64,000 nucleotides of DNA from Geosiphon pyriformis uo1 (Eukaryota > Fungi > Glomeromycota): NCBI GenBank assembly GCA_016748015.1, contig JAAOMT010000484.1, forward strand, positions 195,443 through 259,442. Direction: 5' to 3'. Positions 10,878-25,032 of this stretch are shown piece after piece. The stretch's first letter is position 1, and each line of letters opens with the position of its first letter. The notes beneath the pieces are model-generated. The model was not told the DNA's origin. It saw nothing but the letters and a program-made list of their open reading frames with translations, and searched no databases. The translations under genes were made by a program, and so were the position numbers.

Positions 10878-12414
10878 CTAATAAACAATGACTTTAACTA
10901 AGGAATCCTCTCCAAAAAATTGATGTTAGCATGATTGGGTCTTTGATTGAGGACATTGTTGTTGATGGTTCTGTTGTTTTGATTGTCATTGTTTCTAGAA
11001 ACTAGAAGAGGCAGAGGAGGATTGTTATGATCTCTTAAGAAGTGTCCAGTTAGTTCACAGTAATAGCACACAGGTGAACTGTGATTTTGCTGTCTTTGAT
11101 ATAGTAGTTGTTGAGGTGATTGAAGCAGGATTCAAATCTGGGTCTTTGGGGTTGTTGATTTTCTCTAACTGCTTGGGCCAAAGGTTCCAGTAACTGGGCA
11201 AGATTTGCTGTAAGCCTATCTATTAGCTGTTCATTTGAGTTTTGAGTTTGGGCAGCAAAAGAAGTAACAGCCATTTGTGGAGCAGGAGCCATAATAGAAG
11301 CAGAAGCAAAAACTGGAAGAGTAGATTTCAAATGTATCCTTTGGTTATCCTCAATTCTTTGTGCCAGTTCAATAATCCTGTCTATTGTTAGGTTGTTTTT
11401 TAAAGCCAAGAGAGGCCAAAGAGCATATAATAGATCAGTTCTTAATCTTTTTATAAAGGAATGGATCTTTTGCTTTTCTGTTCAGTTTCTCCCAGAGTCT
11501 ACACATTTGATTAGCTTTCTGATAGCTTTGACATATTCAGTCACTACTTTTTCAGAGCCTTGGATTCTTTTTTCCAATTCCATGCACCATTTAGATATTA
11601 ATATTGGGGTTCTGAACTTGGTCTCAAACTGGGTAGTAAAAGAGGTATTTTTTTCTCCAGCATTGGTTGGTGTTCATTTGATTATTTGGTGTTGAACATT
11701 GGCATTTGTTTCTTGTGAGAGCCAAGTAGCAGAAAAGCCTTAAAGATAGCCACCAACGATTTGGAACTTGTATTCTTCATCATACTGGTTGGCTGTGACA
11801 GCTCTTTCAAAATCATCCAACCATTTGATTAGATCTTGTGTATTACCTCTAAATAGTGATAGTGGAGTATTGTTTCTTCTTTTTAGAGCAGTTTGTATAC
11901 TTTGGAGGGCAGCCAGAATGTTTGCTTGCATGAAGTCATTAGCCATTGGTTCAAGAGTAACTGTTTGTATAGATGAGTCTGATTTGCTTGATAAAAGATC
12001 AAAAACATGAGCAGTTTGGTAGCTTTCTTCTTCTGTTTCAAAAAAAGTTTCAGTTGCTTGATGGATAGCAATCCAAATGTGGATTTGATGATTCAGATAT
12101 TTGGAATCAGGGGGCTGTTGTTCAAAGGTTGTGGAGTATAAAAGTTGATTAATGCTGTTGTTTCTTTCTTCAAAGTTATCTTCAAAATAAGCTTAATCAA
12201 AGTAATAAGTTGTATAGGCTGTGTAGATTTCAGCTGAATGCTCGTTCAAAAACCAGTTCCAAAAATCTTGGAATTGTCTACTGGATTAATCTTCAATGGG
12301 AAAGCAAATCAAGCAGGAGGGCAAAGGATTGAGTTCAATAAAGTCTAGATCATTTTTGTTGTGTACTTCAAAGTGTTTTTCTGATTGTTGTGACAGATAT
12401 AAATAATCACTTAT
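10878..12414 (-). pseudogene. A1 gag
   Basis: MANDFMQANILAAL...KWLDDFERA; colinear with A2 gag 37429-38966. Confidence 0.85.
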
Positions 12415-12450
12415 ACAATAGAAAACAGAGTGGATTTTGACAACCTCATA

Positions 12451-12460
12451 GGGAGCACCA
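12451..12460 (-). other. Primer-binding site of A1 (TGGTGCTCCC)
   Basis: Complementary to a tRNA 3' end GGGAGCACCA; identical to A2 PBS 37383-37392. tRNA identity not determined. Confidence 0.8.
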
Positions 12461-12466
12461 CTTTTA

Positions 12467-13158
12467 TGTTACAGATTGGAGTAATAAGCTAACAGATAGC
12501 AAGGGAGAACAGGATTGTAGGGTGATAGAAATAATTAAAGAGAATTCAATTTCAAAGAGTGAATTGAATAAGTGTGGATTCAATGTGTTTATAAAATATT
12601 TTAGTTGTTATTTTTTTTAAAAGATAATTGGGGAATCTGAAGGTAGAGGGATAGTTTATACTGTCAGCAAATAATCACACTTGGTATAATTTTATGTCTT
12701 ACGTTAGTGCTCTTAGAATTCAATATCAAGTATTAGATGTGCTTTTTAGTCACGTTTTTTAATCAATAATCTTCAAATGCTACACTTATATGTTTCAGAA
12801 AAAAAGTAAAAATTAACCAACAAGTAATCTTTTATCTTAAGATGTTTGGATACTTGAAGGTAAGGAAAAGGAAATTAGCAATAAGAGAGTGATTGAGATG
12901 AAAGTTGTTATTTTATTTATTCTTGATTATTTTGAACATATTTTTCTACAGCTAAAAGATTCATTACTTATATAGTTGTCAAAAGTGGTCAATAATCAGG
13001 TTATTAATCAGGTTAATGATCAGGTCAATGATCAGGTCAACAGTTAGGTTATTGATCAGGTCAATAATTACTATCTAAAAATAAAGTGGCTAATTTATAT
13101 AACATTAGTGGCTAATACATGTGATAATTAATAAAAAGTATAAGTTTTAACCATAATA
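12467..13158 (-). repeat. 5' LTR of A1
   Basis: Direct repeat of 557-1269, adjacent to the PBS. Confidence 0.92.
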
Positions 13159-14273
13159 TTACCAATAAAAACTGATATTGAGACAATACTCTTTGAAGAA
13201 ATCACAATAGAAAATTACAAAAACATTTTGTAAAGAAGACTTAGTACTATTCTTGACTCTTTAGTAGAAGCACGAATAATTGCTTTTGAAAAGATAAAAC
13301 AGTTCCAAGAAAAGCTTAAGAAAAAAAAAACCTATAAAACACTTTCTTTAAGCATTGGTGACTTGGTTTTGGAATACCATTTAGACAAAGACAATATCTA
13401 TGGTAATAAATTCTCTAGCTGATAGAAAGGACCCTTTATAGTCAACAAAGTTCTGAACAATGGTTCTTATATTCTTCAAGATCAATCTGGAACAATCTTT
13501 AATGATTGTTCTGTTCATGGCATGTGACTCAAGAAATATCACAAATGATCTGATTGGTTGTCTGTTGTGGTAATACTAACTTAAATGATCAGCAAAAATC
13601 AAGTATAAATAAATGCACTATTTCCAAAACAGAGGTATCTTCAATTAACATAAACAATTATTTTCTGGATCAAAACATTCAAAACTCTCCATGAGTATTG
13701 GATCAAAAACTATCCAAATGCTACTCTGATTATTGGAAAACAAACCACTATAACTGATAACAGTGAAACACATACCGTTATTAGACCAAAGAAAACTACT
13801 ATCAAAAGAGAAAGAATTGGTAGTAAAATGAATAAATATCTGTTGGAAAGTATAATAGCAGCTATATTCTTACCTTCCAGCACAATTGAAAAAACACTTC
13901 AAGAAATCTTACCTATAGACAAAAACTTGTCTATAGTCACCTTGGTAAAATTATAGAGAATATAAAACTCATGAAAAAAACAACTTCAGAAATACAAGCA
14001 GAAATTTTGGGCATTATACAGTTAGATGTCTCAAGAGTTTTAACTATTGCTAAAAAAGCCAAAACTTTAATACAAAGATTTGGTTTCTTGAATACAAAAC
14101 TTATTTCACTTCAAGTATTATATACTCTATCCATAAAAAACCTCAACAAATTAATTAGCTTTGAGTTAAATAAAACTCTTCAAATAGATTACATCATGAA
14201 TAGCTTGATTTTGCCAGAGCTCAATTTCTTTGAAGAGGATAATATTATGGTTGAAACTTATACTTCTTATTAA
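13159..14273 (+). pseudogene. A0 integrase C-terminus and ORF3 (13650-14273)
   Basis: LPIKTDIETILFEEI...SIGDLVL...GPF; MKKTTSEIQAEILG...MVETYTSY. Confidence 0.85.
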
Positions 14274-17200
14274 TTATCACATGTATTAACCACTGATGTC
14301 ATATAAATTAGCCACTCTATTTTTAGAAAGTAATCATTGACTTGATCAATGACTTGATCATTGACCTGATTATTGACTTGATTATTAACCTAGTTATTGA
14401 CTTAATTATTGACCACTTTTGATAGCTATATAAGCAATAAATCTCTTAGCTATAGAAAAATATATAGAAATCAAGGAAATCAAATAAATAAAATAACAAC
14501 TTTCATCTCAATTATTCTCTTATTGCTAATTTCTCTTTTTCTACTTTCAAGTATCTGAACATCTTGAGATAAAAGATTACTTGTTGGTTATCTCTTACTT
14601 TTTTTTTTTTTTTGTTAATGTGTAGCTATACTGGTCATTTATTAGTTATGACCACAGTAATGTGGCAGTTTTATAAAGCCAGCTCACCCAATAATACAAA
14701 ATTACAAGATACAGCTAATCACAAGTGGAAAGCCCTAACTATACATTAGTATTATCTTTGCTACCTAATGTATTGAACATATCAAAATCATATATCTTAT
14801 TCATAATGCTAACAAGCTCATAACTATTCTTAACTATATCACTCATTCATTTAGCAGTTTAATCAGGATTGGATTTAATACTAGGGGGCTGACTCTTTCA
14901 TAGTTGCATCATCATATCAAAAGTGTCATCATAGACTGAAAAGTCTTTAACCTCATTATTGTCATTATCCATGTTATCATTATTAGATACATCTTTCAAG
15001 GAGATCCGATCACACTTTTTTGTCAAAAACTTAACATCTCTATTCAACATAGAAGCTACAGCAGCCACAGCTTTAACCTGTCTTTCCAAACCAACCACAC
15101 TTTCCCTCAATGTCATGTTCACAGCTGATGAAGTAGACAGCAGTTTGGTAACCAGCACAACCAGAAAACCAACAGGTTTAATTATAAACTTAACCAACAA
15201 TGCCAACTCATTAAGATGGGATTTCATAGAAGCCAATCTGGATTCAACAACAGCAATTGGAACAGGGGAGATGTCAGGAACCATAGGTACTACAACTTTG
15301 GAGGGTAAATTAAGAACAGAATCTATACCAGCAGCAGCAGGAACCACAAAGACAACAGCTTTGGCATAAGACTTAGCTTTAGCAAACAAAGACTTGAAAA
15401 CTTTGGAACCACCAGTGAAATTGGGAACAAACTTGGAAGAAAGAAGTGGTGACACCTTGCAGTCCACAGCTAAATGATTCAAACCTTGACACTTGTAGCA
15501 ATGATGGCATCCAAGAGTTTCTCACCAGATATGGCAACCACACAAGGTACCAGTTTTTAATACAGTATTGTCCAAGGATTCCAGAGAATTGAAGATAACC
15601 ACAGCAAAATGTTGATATTAATATGAATTAGAGGATTGGAGAATAAAACAGATTTGGCCACCAATCTGGGAAACCAAATCACTAATCTTAAAGGCAGTAC
15701 AACCAAAGAGAAGATTAACTAACTTAGCTTTAAATGCATCTCTTGAAATAATAACCTCTCTTTGGTTAACTACAAGAAGAATTCTGACACTATTTTTTTT
15801 GACCAGCACAAACCAGTGTTTGAGAGTCTCAGCAGCAGAAGAAATGTCTTTCAAGTGAACCACAGCATATTGCCATAAGCCAGCTGGCTTCAACTTAACA
15901 GAAATGACAACACCAAAAATACCAAGAGCAGCTTTGATGTCATCAGAAGAGGTACTCAAGAGAATATCACAAAGTGCAACAAACAGAGGAAGGGAAGATA
16001 CAGAGACCACACCAGAAGACCATGCAATCTTAAGAGTGATGGCACCATTTAGACTCTCTTAAAATGCAAATTCCACACAGAAAAACTTGACAGCATCTTA
16101 TGAAACTGACTTAAGCCCAATACAACCAGACAGCAGCTGAAACAAGGAACTAAGTAGGGCCATTTTGATCTTAAATGTACTACTAGGCACAAGATTAGAG
16201 GCCATTCAACCAGAGAACTTTTGACAACCATTCACATTTTTCCAAGCACCACCATCAGCAGTGCCAAAAACTGGGGGAGAAACAGTTGATTCCATTTCCA
16301 TCTGATCAGCCCAATCTTTGAGATTATCTAGAATAATGAACTGTTTTGCTTCTATGACAGATGAAAATCTGCCAGAGAGTACTTTATCAAACAACACAGC
16401 CTGTGGTTTATCTTTTTTTATCTTGTGAGATGTGCCATTGCTGTTATCATCCATATTAGGAAAAGAGCTAACTGCTGCTGTGGAGATCTTTTCCAAAATC
16501 TTATCTGGAACCACAAAGGGGTTTGGTGTCACCATAGCAGTTGTGACTATCTGCTGCGGTTTTTTGGAATTTTTTGCTTTCGTGGCTATTTGTAAAGCAG
16601 TAATAGTAGTAGTAGAAGTAGTGGTAGTAATGAGAACAAGAAAGACCAACTTGTTGACTGGTTTGTTATTAAAAAGTTTTGGGCTTTTTGAAATGGTAGA
16701 AACAACACTGGAATTAACCTGAGTGTGTCTTTTTGAAGGAACTTTGACTGGAAAAGAACTTCCAGTCAAAAAAGAAAAAAATAAACCAGAAGCTGCTAAA
16801 ACAGCTTTTTACTAGTGTTTTTTAAAAAAAATATAGCCAAAACGTTTTGTTTAGCTGCTTCAATAACAGAGAAACTCTCTTGTGTTGAAACTTTATTAAT
16901 TACAATAAGAAAAGTAATGTTTATAACTTTTTTATTCTTAGCTCTAGTTGTGGTCATAAATTTAGGAGAGAAAAGAGTTTACAATAGAACATTCTGATTG
17001 TTATCCCTTATCTTTTTCCTGAAATGTATAATTGCAGCATTTGAAGATTATTGAATAAAACATGACTGAAGAGTACATTTGATACCTAATATTGAACTCT
17101 AAGAGCACCAATGTGAGACATAGAATTATACCAGTGTGTAATCATTTGTTGACAATATGAACTATCTCTTTACCTTCAAATTCTCTGGTTATCTTTTGAA

Positions 17201-17358
17201 AGTATAGTGATTGAGATATTTTATGAGAGTGATCTTGCACATTAAATCCATACTTATTCAATTCACTTTTTAAAGTTGAATTCCCTTTGATTCCTTTCAT
17301 CATCCTACAATCCTGTTCTCTCTTGTTATCCATTAGCTTGTTATTCCAATTTATAACA
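14243..17358 (+). repeat. 3' LTR of A0, interrupted by S3
   Basis: Starts TATTATGG (decayed TG) after GAAGAGGATAA, has the 12-bp array and TATA, resumes at ~17000, ends TTATAACA. Confidence 0.88.
14599..16999 (-). mobile_element. Family S half-LINE, copy S3
   Basis: Poly(T) 14599-14613; ORF 16957-14739; TSD GTTATC(T/C)CTTA at 14587-14597 and 17000-17010. Confidence 0.9.
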
Positions 17359-17811
17359 GTATAAAACCTAATAATTAAATATAGAACTATTATTTAGTTT
17401 TATAAATCTAAGTTTAAAATTAATGTAAAAATAAATAAATTAATAAAATTAAATGATTCTGTGCTATTTTTAATTTGTGGTTTGTTAAATATTTTGTTTA
17501 TTAAAATAATTAGATTGTTTAATATTAATAAAATTTATAATATAAATTTTAATTGTTTTTTTTTAATACAAATAATAATAATATTATTAAAATAGATATT
17601 TAATATTGTTTTATTTAATTTATAATTAATTATAAAAATATGTAAGTTATATTTAATTTAAAATATTTAGCTGTTATATTATATTAAATAAAATATTTTT
17701 TTTTACAAAAAAATAAGTTTTTTATATATAAATTTTTATAAATTTTAATAAAATATTTATTTTGGTCAAGTTTTTTTTTAATTATTACAAGTTTTACAAG
17801 TAAAATCCAAC
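17359..17811. other. Very AT-rich low-complexity spacer
   Basis: Almost only A/T, no ORF. Confidence 0.6.
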
Positions 17812-18506
17812 TGCTATCTAGTACATAGACCCAAACTAAATGGTATTACCCAAGTAAAAAAACCCAATCCAAAGTTATAAAGAAACATAACCAAAATGTA
17901 ATATAATATAGAATAGTATGCAATAATATTGAATAATGCATTATAACTTAGAATAACACAGAATAATACATTATAATGTGAAATAACACAGAATAACATG
18001 TAATAATACTAGATAACATATTATAACATAGGATAACTAGAAATAACATAGAAAAACAAAGCAATAACAAAAATAGCAAAGCAATAGTTAGCAATAATGA
18101 AACAATCAAAAGCAATCCTGTAAAACCAAAAGAATATATAAAAATAAGTAGTTATAGAAGTTAGAAAAAGACAGACATCTAGATATGAACTATTAAACAA
18201 AAATCAAATATCCTTATCCCTTTTATTATTTATTCTATTTTATATTCATCTTCAGAAATAAATTAATTATTAAGAAATTAGAATCACAAATTTATGTTCT
18301 CAAACTTTGTAGAATTTACATAAATTAACTATTGTTTTGTATCTTTGTTTCAGGACAGATGCTCTTAGCATAACTTTGAATTATTAACGATTTGAACCAG
18401 TTGCTCTTGATTATGGTGATTGATAATACTAATTTATCTTTTTTTTTTTATTTTTTTTTATTTTTTTATTTTTTTTTTCTTGATTTTCTCTTGTGGAGTG
18501 GCAACA
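17812..18506 (+). repeat. Putative 5' LTR of family B with degenerate ~10-bp ATAACACAGA-type array (~17900-18110)
   Basis: TG start, GGCAACA end, internal ATAAC repeats, directly upstream of gag; no second LTR to confirm. Confidence 0.45.
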
Positions 18507-21500
18507 TAGTAAAATTGACTGTTTGGAAATAAACTTCGTGATAGCCTGGTAAAAAAAAGAAGCTTCTCTTAAGTTTTAAATATTAATATTATCTTGTTAG
18601 CTTACCAGAAGGACAAAAAAACAATGCCAGATCCTAACAACTATGCTCATTAACTCAAAAAAGATAGCTCACATTTTTAAAGAAGTTGCAATTAACAAAA
18701 ACCAAACCTTTGTGCTTTATAACCAAAGAACTTAACAGGTAAATTTACAACCAGTAAATAAGACTTTTAGAGACTAATAATCAAGACTAAATCAATAGAA
18801 TTACACAAAAACACATATTACCAATAATTAAGAGCACAAAACATTACTATTTTCCTATTCTACCAAGTTTACTCATAATATTTGGTGCTTTCTGTGAGGT
18901 TATAAAATTCACAGAGACAAAGCACCCCAAAAATTCACAAAAGTGGCAACTATTGAAACAGTAGAAAAGAATCACATTCCATATGGAAGAGCATTATTTC
19001 AATACTTTTAGGAAGACTTAAAAATACTCACAGAAACTGTTATTGCAGAAAACCAATTTTGTGACTATTTGTATGTGAAAATCAACTGCTTTCTAAACTG
19101 AATGACAGATACTGGAAAACTTGGAGAACAAATTCATCAAAAATTATTAGTCCACTCAATAAATACCACTACTCGAGCTATAGCTAAAACCCTTTGTATA
19201 CTTGATAAAGACATCAAGTACTATGCAAAAAAATGCTACTTTTAAGTAAAACAATCAGCAAGGCCCAATTCTGAAAAATACGAGTCTAAACCCAATAATA
19301 CAGCAGTCATATGAGAACAAGCTTACTCAATAGTCAACAAAAAACCAAGGTTTCTCTTCTCAACAATTTCATTATACCATCAAACACCAAAAAGTAGAAT
19401 TGTATTTAACCCAACCATGGAATTCCAGACAAAAACATCACAAACTCTTAGAAATCAATACCTGTGGGGTCACAACAGTTGGACCAGATTCTTAAGAGAA
19501 TATGGATCATTATTTAGGAACCTTATTCTGACAATCAATAAAACAGATGGAAATATGTTAATATGGAAACCACCACCAACCCAACTCTTGAACAAATCAT
19601 CAACTATTCTTTCTAAAAAAACAGCTATTCTCCAGCCTATTGGGAAAATTAACAAAAGAAAACAACCAGAATTAGCACCAAGAAAACACTTTAGCACACA
19701 AACACCAAACTCTTTAGCATCAACCAGTAAGATTTCACCAACCCGCCAGATTATGGCCTACCAAGATATTGCCAAATTAGAAAAATTTTCAGAAGAAGAA
19801 AACAATGTATATTTGTGGATTATGAAAGCCAAGAAAGCAATTACCATCAACAACTGAAATAATGACAGAGTTATTTAAGCATTGCCATTTTTTTTGACCA
19901 AGACAACAGATTTATGGTATCAAAGCCTGATGAAAAAACCTATTGACTTTATCATCTTTAAATTTGCCTTTCTACAATACTTTTGCGACCCCAATACTCT
20001 TATTAGATTACAGAATCAATTTAGTATAATAAAACAAAAAGATCACAAAGCAGTAACTACTTATTTTGGATAATTTAACCAAATTTTTTGTCAAATACTG
20101 GCAATTAAAAGGGACTATTACACCACAGCACAAGTTTTTAATCAATTTGTCAAGAAACTAAGGAGCAGTTTTTTAAGATCTGTGAGACCCCAAAACCTAA
20201 CAAATCTACAGAATGCTATTGCTCTTGCATGCAATTTCGAGTTAGCTGAGCAAGAAGCTAACCACATCCAAGCTGTTAATCTAGCCATTAATAAAATTTC
20301 TATGCAAAGATAACCCAATTAAATGAGAAATTAACTCAGAAAATTGAGGGATTTTTAACCAGTATAACAGGAACTTACCAACCACCACAATGAAGAGAAA
20401 CCAATAACAATAGCAGATATTAGCAACAAAATTATTAGCAACAACAGCAACCTTAAAGATCAGATTCTTGTAATTGCTATTATTGCCAAAAGCTAGGACA
20501 CATTGCCCAAAACTGCTAAAAAAACTAGTGAACCAGAATCAAAGTAGTCAATATCTCTTACAACTAAGATATTCTCAGGCCATAGAACTCTAATACTCTG
20601 CACCCCAGTATTAGCAATCCCAGTACTCACCACAAATGCCTTAAAATTACTATCTGTCATCATCAATGACTCAAGCATCCCCTTAGTACCAAAACTTAGT
20701 CTATACTCAGCCTAGACCACATGTGATTGACTACAATCAAAGATGGTAAAACTCTAATGGAAATTAAGCACAACTTAGTAGCAGACCACCTCAAATAAAT
20801 TGAGCCAACCTCCCATTCTGACCAGCACCAAACAAATACTTGAATCAAACTTCATATCTCAGTTTCACTAAAAACCAAGATTTTTTTAGCTCTACATTGT
20901 TAGAAGGGAAGGATGTAGAAGAAATGTCCAATCTTTTAAGTCAAAATCAAACCAACAATACTATTTTACCTGCCACTATCACTAAAAATACCACCCTTGC
21001 CACTATTTTTTTCTTCAACATTGACTATCTAAACACCAATAGCCTTTTTAGTAGAGCTGTCATTAATTAAAATAAACCAATAACTGCTCTGTATACTAAC
21101 ACTAGAGTTGGAAACATGGACATCAAATTAATTCTTAATAGTGAATCAGCAGATAGTANNNNNNNNNNNNNNNNNNNNTGATAATACTAATTTATCTTTT
21201 TTTTTTTATTTTTTTTTATTTTTTTATTTTTTTTTTCTTGATTTTCTCTTGTGGAGTGGCAACATAGTAAAATTGACTGTTTGGAAATAAACTTCGTGAT
21301 AGCCTGGTAAAAAAAAGAAGCTTCTCTTAAGTTTTAAATATTAATATTATCTTGTTAGCTTACCAGAAGGACAAAAAAACAATGCCAGATCCTAACAACT
21401 ATGCTCATTAACTCAAAAAAGATAGCTCACATTTTTAAAGAAGTTGCAATTAACAAAAACCAAACCTTTGTGCTTTATAACCAAAGAACTTAACAGGTAA

Positions 21501-23916
21501 ATTTACAACCAGTAAATAAGACTTTTAGAGACTAATAATCAAGACTAAATCAATAGAATTACACAAAAACACATATTACCAATAATTAAGAGCACAAAAC
21601 ATTACTATTTTCCTATTCTACCAAGTTTACTCATAATATTTGGTGCTTTCTGTGAGGTTATAAAATTCACAGAGACAAAGCACCCCAAAAATTCACAAAA
21701 GTGGCAACTATTGAAACAGTAGAAAAGAATCACATTCCATATGGAAGAGCATTATTTCAATACTTTTAGGAAGACTTAAAAATACTCACAGAAACTGTTA
21801 TTGCAGAAAACCAATTTTGTGACTATTTGTATGTGAAAATCAACTGCTTTCTAAACTGAATGACAGATACTGGAAAACTTGGAGAACAAATTCATCAAAA
21901 ATTATTAGTCCACTCAATAAATACCACTACTCGAGCTATAGCTAAAACCCTTTGTATACTTGATAAAGACATCAAGTACTATGCAAAAAAATGCTACTTT
22001 TAAGTAAAACAATCAGCAAGGCCCAATTCTGAAAAATACGAGTCTAAACCCAATAATACAGCAGTCATATGAGAACAAGCTTACTCAATAGTCAACAAAA
22101 AACCAAGGTTTCTCTTCTCAACAATTTCATTATACCATCAAACACCAAAAAGTAGAATTGTATTTAACCCAACCATGGAATTCCAGACAAAAACATCACA
22201 AACTCTTAGAAATCAATACCTGTGGGGTCACAACAGTTGGACCAGATTCTTAAGAGAATATGGATCATTATTTAGGAACCTTATTCTGACAATCAATAAA
22301 ACAGATGGAAATATGTTAATATGGAAACCACCACCAACCCAACTCTTGAACAAATCATCAACTATTCTTTCTAAAAAAACAGCTATTCTCCAGCCTATTG
22401 GGAAAATTAACAAAAGAAAACAACCAGAATTAGCACCAAGAAAACACTTTAGCACACAAACACCAAACTCTTTAGCATCAACCAGTAAGATTTCACCAAC
22501 CCGCCAGATTATGGCCTACCAAGATATTGCCAAATTAGAAAAATTTTCAGAAGAAGAAAACAATGTATATTTGTGGATTATGAAAGCCAAGAAAGCAATT
22601 ACCATCAACAACTGAAATAATGACAGAGTTATTTAAGCATTGCCATTTTTTTTGACCAAGACAACAGATTTATGGTATCAAAGCCTGATGAAAAAACCTA
22701 TTGACTTTATCATCTTTAAATTTGCCTTTCTACAATACTTTTGCGACCCCAATACTCTTATTAGATTACAGAATCAATTTAGTATAATAAAACAAAAAGA
22801 TCACAAAGCAGTAACTACTTATTTTGGATAATTTAACCAAATTTTTTGTCAAATACTGGCAATTAAAAGGGACTATTACACCACAGCACAAGTTTTTAAT
22901 CAATTTGTCAAGAAACTAAGGAGCAGTTTTTTAAGATCTGTGAGACCCCAAAACCTAACAAATCTACAGAATGCTATTGCTCTTGCATGCAATTTCGAGT
23001 TAGCTGAGCAAGAAGCTAACCACATCCAAGCTGTTAATCTAGCCATTAATAAAATTTCTATGCAAAGATAACCCAATTAAATGAGAAATTAACTCAGAAA
23101 ATTGAGGGATTTTTAACCAGTATAACAGGAACTTACCAACCACCACAATGAAGAGAAACCAATAACAATAGCAGATATTAGCAACAAAATTATTAGCAAC
23201 AACAGCAACCTTAAAGATCAGATTCTTGTAATTGCTATTATTGCCAAAAGCTAGGACACATTGCCCAAAACTGCTAAAAAAACTAGTGAACCAGAATCAA
23301 AGTAGTCAATATCTCTTACAACTAAGATATTCTCAGGCCATAGAACTCTAATACTCTGCACCCCAGTATTAGCAATCCCAGTACTCACCACAAATGCCTT
23401 AAAATTACTATCTGTCATCATCAATGACTCAAGCATCCCCTTAGTACCAAAACTTAGTCTATACTCAGCCTAGACCACATGTGATTGACTACAATCAAAG
23501 ATGGTAAAACTCTAATGGAAATTAAGCACAACTTAGTAGCAGACCACCTCAAATAAATTGAGCCAACCTCCCATTCTGACCAGCACCAAACAAATACTTG
23601 AATCAAACTTCATATCTCAGTTTCACTAAAAACCAAGATTTTTTTAGCTCTACATTGTTAGAAGGGAAGGATGTAGAAGAAATGTCCAATCTTTTAAGTC
23701 AAAATCAAACCAACAATACTATTTTACCTGCCACTATCACTAAAAATACCACCCTTGCCACTATTTTTTTCTTCAACATTGACTATCTAAACACCAATAG
23801 CCTTTTTAGTAGAGCTGTCATTAATTAAAATAAACCAATAACTGCTCTGTATACTAACACTAGAGTTGGAAACATGGACATCAAATTAATTCTTAATAGT
23901 GAATCAGCAGATAGTA
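18421..23916 (+). repeat. Perfect 2738-bp direct duplication (18421-21158 = 21179-23916) around a 20-N gap; probable assembly overlap
   Basis: ORF track identical at offset 2758; homopolymer lengths identical; N run 21159-21178 sits exactly at the junction. Confidence 0.9.
18624..20767 (+). pseudogene. Family B gag with long N-terminal extension (repeated at +2758)
   Basis: IAKLEKFSEEENNVYLWI...ALPFFLTKTTDLWYQSL...LQYF...IKQ gag core; knuckle CYYCQKLGHIAQNC at ~20474-20515. Confidence 0.78.
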
Positions 23917-24210
23917 TAATTATAAAGCAACTTATAGATTAACTAGGTTGCTAAGTAGACCATACAGCTATTGTTCGAATTATAACTATAGACAGAAATA
24001 CTAAAACCCTGATAGAAAAAATTAACAACTTTTCTTTTGAAATTAACAGAATTCAAATTTCTATCAAAGTGCTTATTATAGAGGCCACCCAATATCAAGC
24101 CCTTATAGGAAACAATTGGTTAGCCAAAGCTAATACCATCCTTGACTAAAACATGCAAGAACTACAGATTATCTTTAATGAACAGCATGCACAAGTTCTG
24201 GCTATGTGTA
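23850..24210 (+). pseudogene. Family B aspartic protease (decayed)
   Basis: IKLILNSESADSII (decayed LILDSGSAGS) ... ALIGNNWL. Confidence 0.75.
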
Positions 24211-25032
24211 GATACTTCAAAGCTCAAAGCCCAAAAAAACCATTAATTGAATTTAAAGACTCAATATCACCACCAACAATAGAAGCCTATCAAGTTTTTT
24301 GGGCTAACAATTACTGAGCAGAGTTATCTCCACCACCAACTTGAGAAAAAAAGGGAAAGGGAAAAGCAAAAAAAGAATTATAATCAGCACTTGCAGGCTA
24401 TTTTGTCTTAAGTTAAGAAAATCAATAGTATTGAATCCTGAAATTAATTTGTGTCAACTGTAAAAAAAAGTTATCTTCTATGAGTGCATGTATTGGAGAT
24501 GATGAGAAATGGCCAACTGCCATCAAATATTACCACAGACCTTGTGTGTTAGAAAAATTTAGCAGACCAAAATGACAAGATAAATGATTGAGTACAAAAA
24601 AAAACTCCAATTGAGGACACCTGGAAACAAGCACTCAGTAGATTGAATGGTTATCCACACAATAAACATGAAATATGGAGAATAGTGAATACTAAAACTG
24701 AAAGTGCTACACTTGGTGAAATATGAGAAATTAAAAAAAATTCATTTACACCAGAATACAATGAACCCAACTATATTATAGAAGATTTCTTTAAGATTGA
24801 TACCAGAAATTGGTTCCAACCTGAAAAAAACAAGAACAGCAGTTAGCTGACCTAAACATAAAACTGTGTGATCATTGTTTAATCCCTTGTTATTTTTTTT
24901 TTTGTTAATATGTAGTTACACTGGTCTTTTATTAGTTTAGCTATACTCAAAAAGCATGACATTTTTATAAAGCCAACTCACCCAATAATCTAAATTACAA
25001 GATGTGACTAACCACTAAGTGATTAGTCCTAA

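Larger units (their letters stand above)
557..13158 (-). mobile_element. Ty3/Gypsy LTR retrotransposon family A, copy A1 (complete, decayed, carries two half-LINE insertions)
   Basis: Two LTRs, PBS, PPT, and gag-PR-RT-RH-INT-ORF3 order on the minus strand; 4-bp TSD CTAC (553-556) / TTAC (13159-13162) inside the A0 integrase. Confidence 0.93.

Noticed and set aside
18421-23916. Tandem duplication of Gypsy B gag-protease as a biological event
   Set aside because: The copies look identical, including homopolymers, in otherwise heavily decayed DNA, and they meet at a 20-N gap; an unmerged contig overlap is far more likely.
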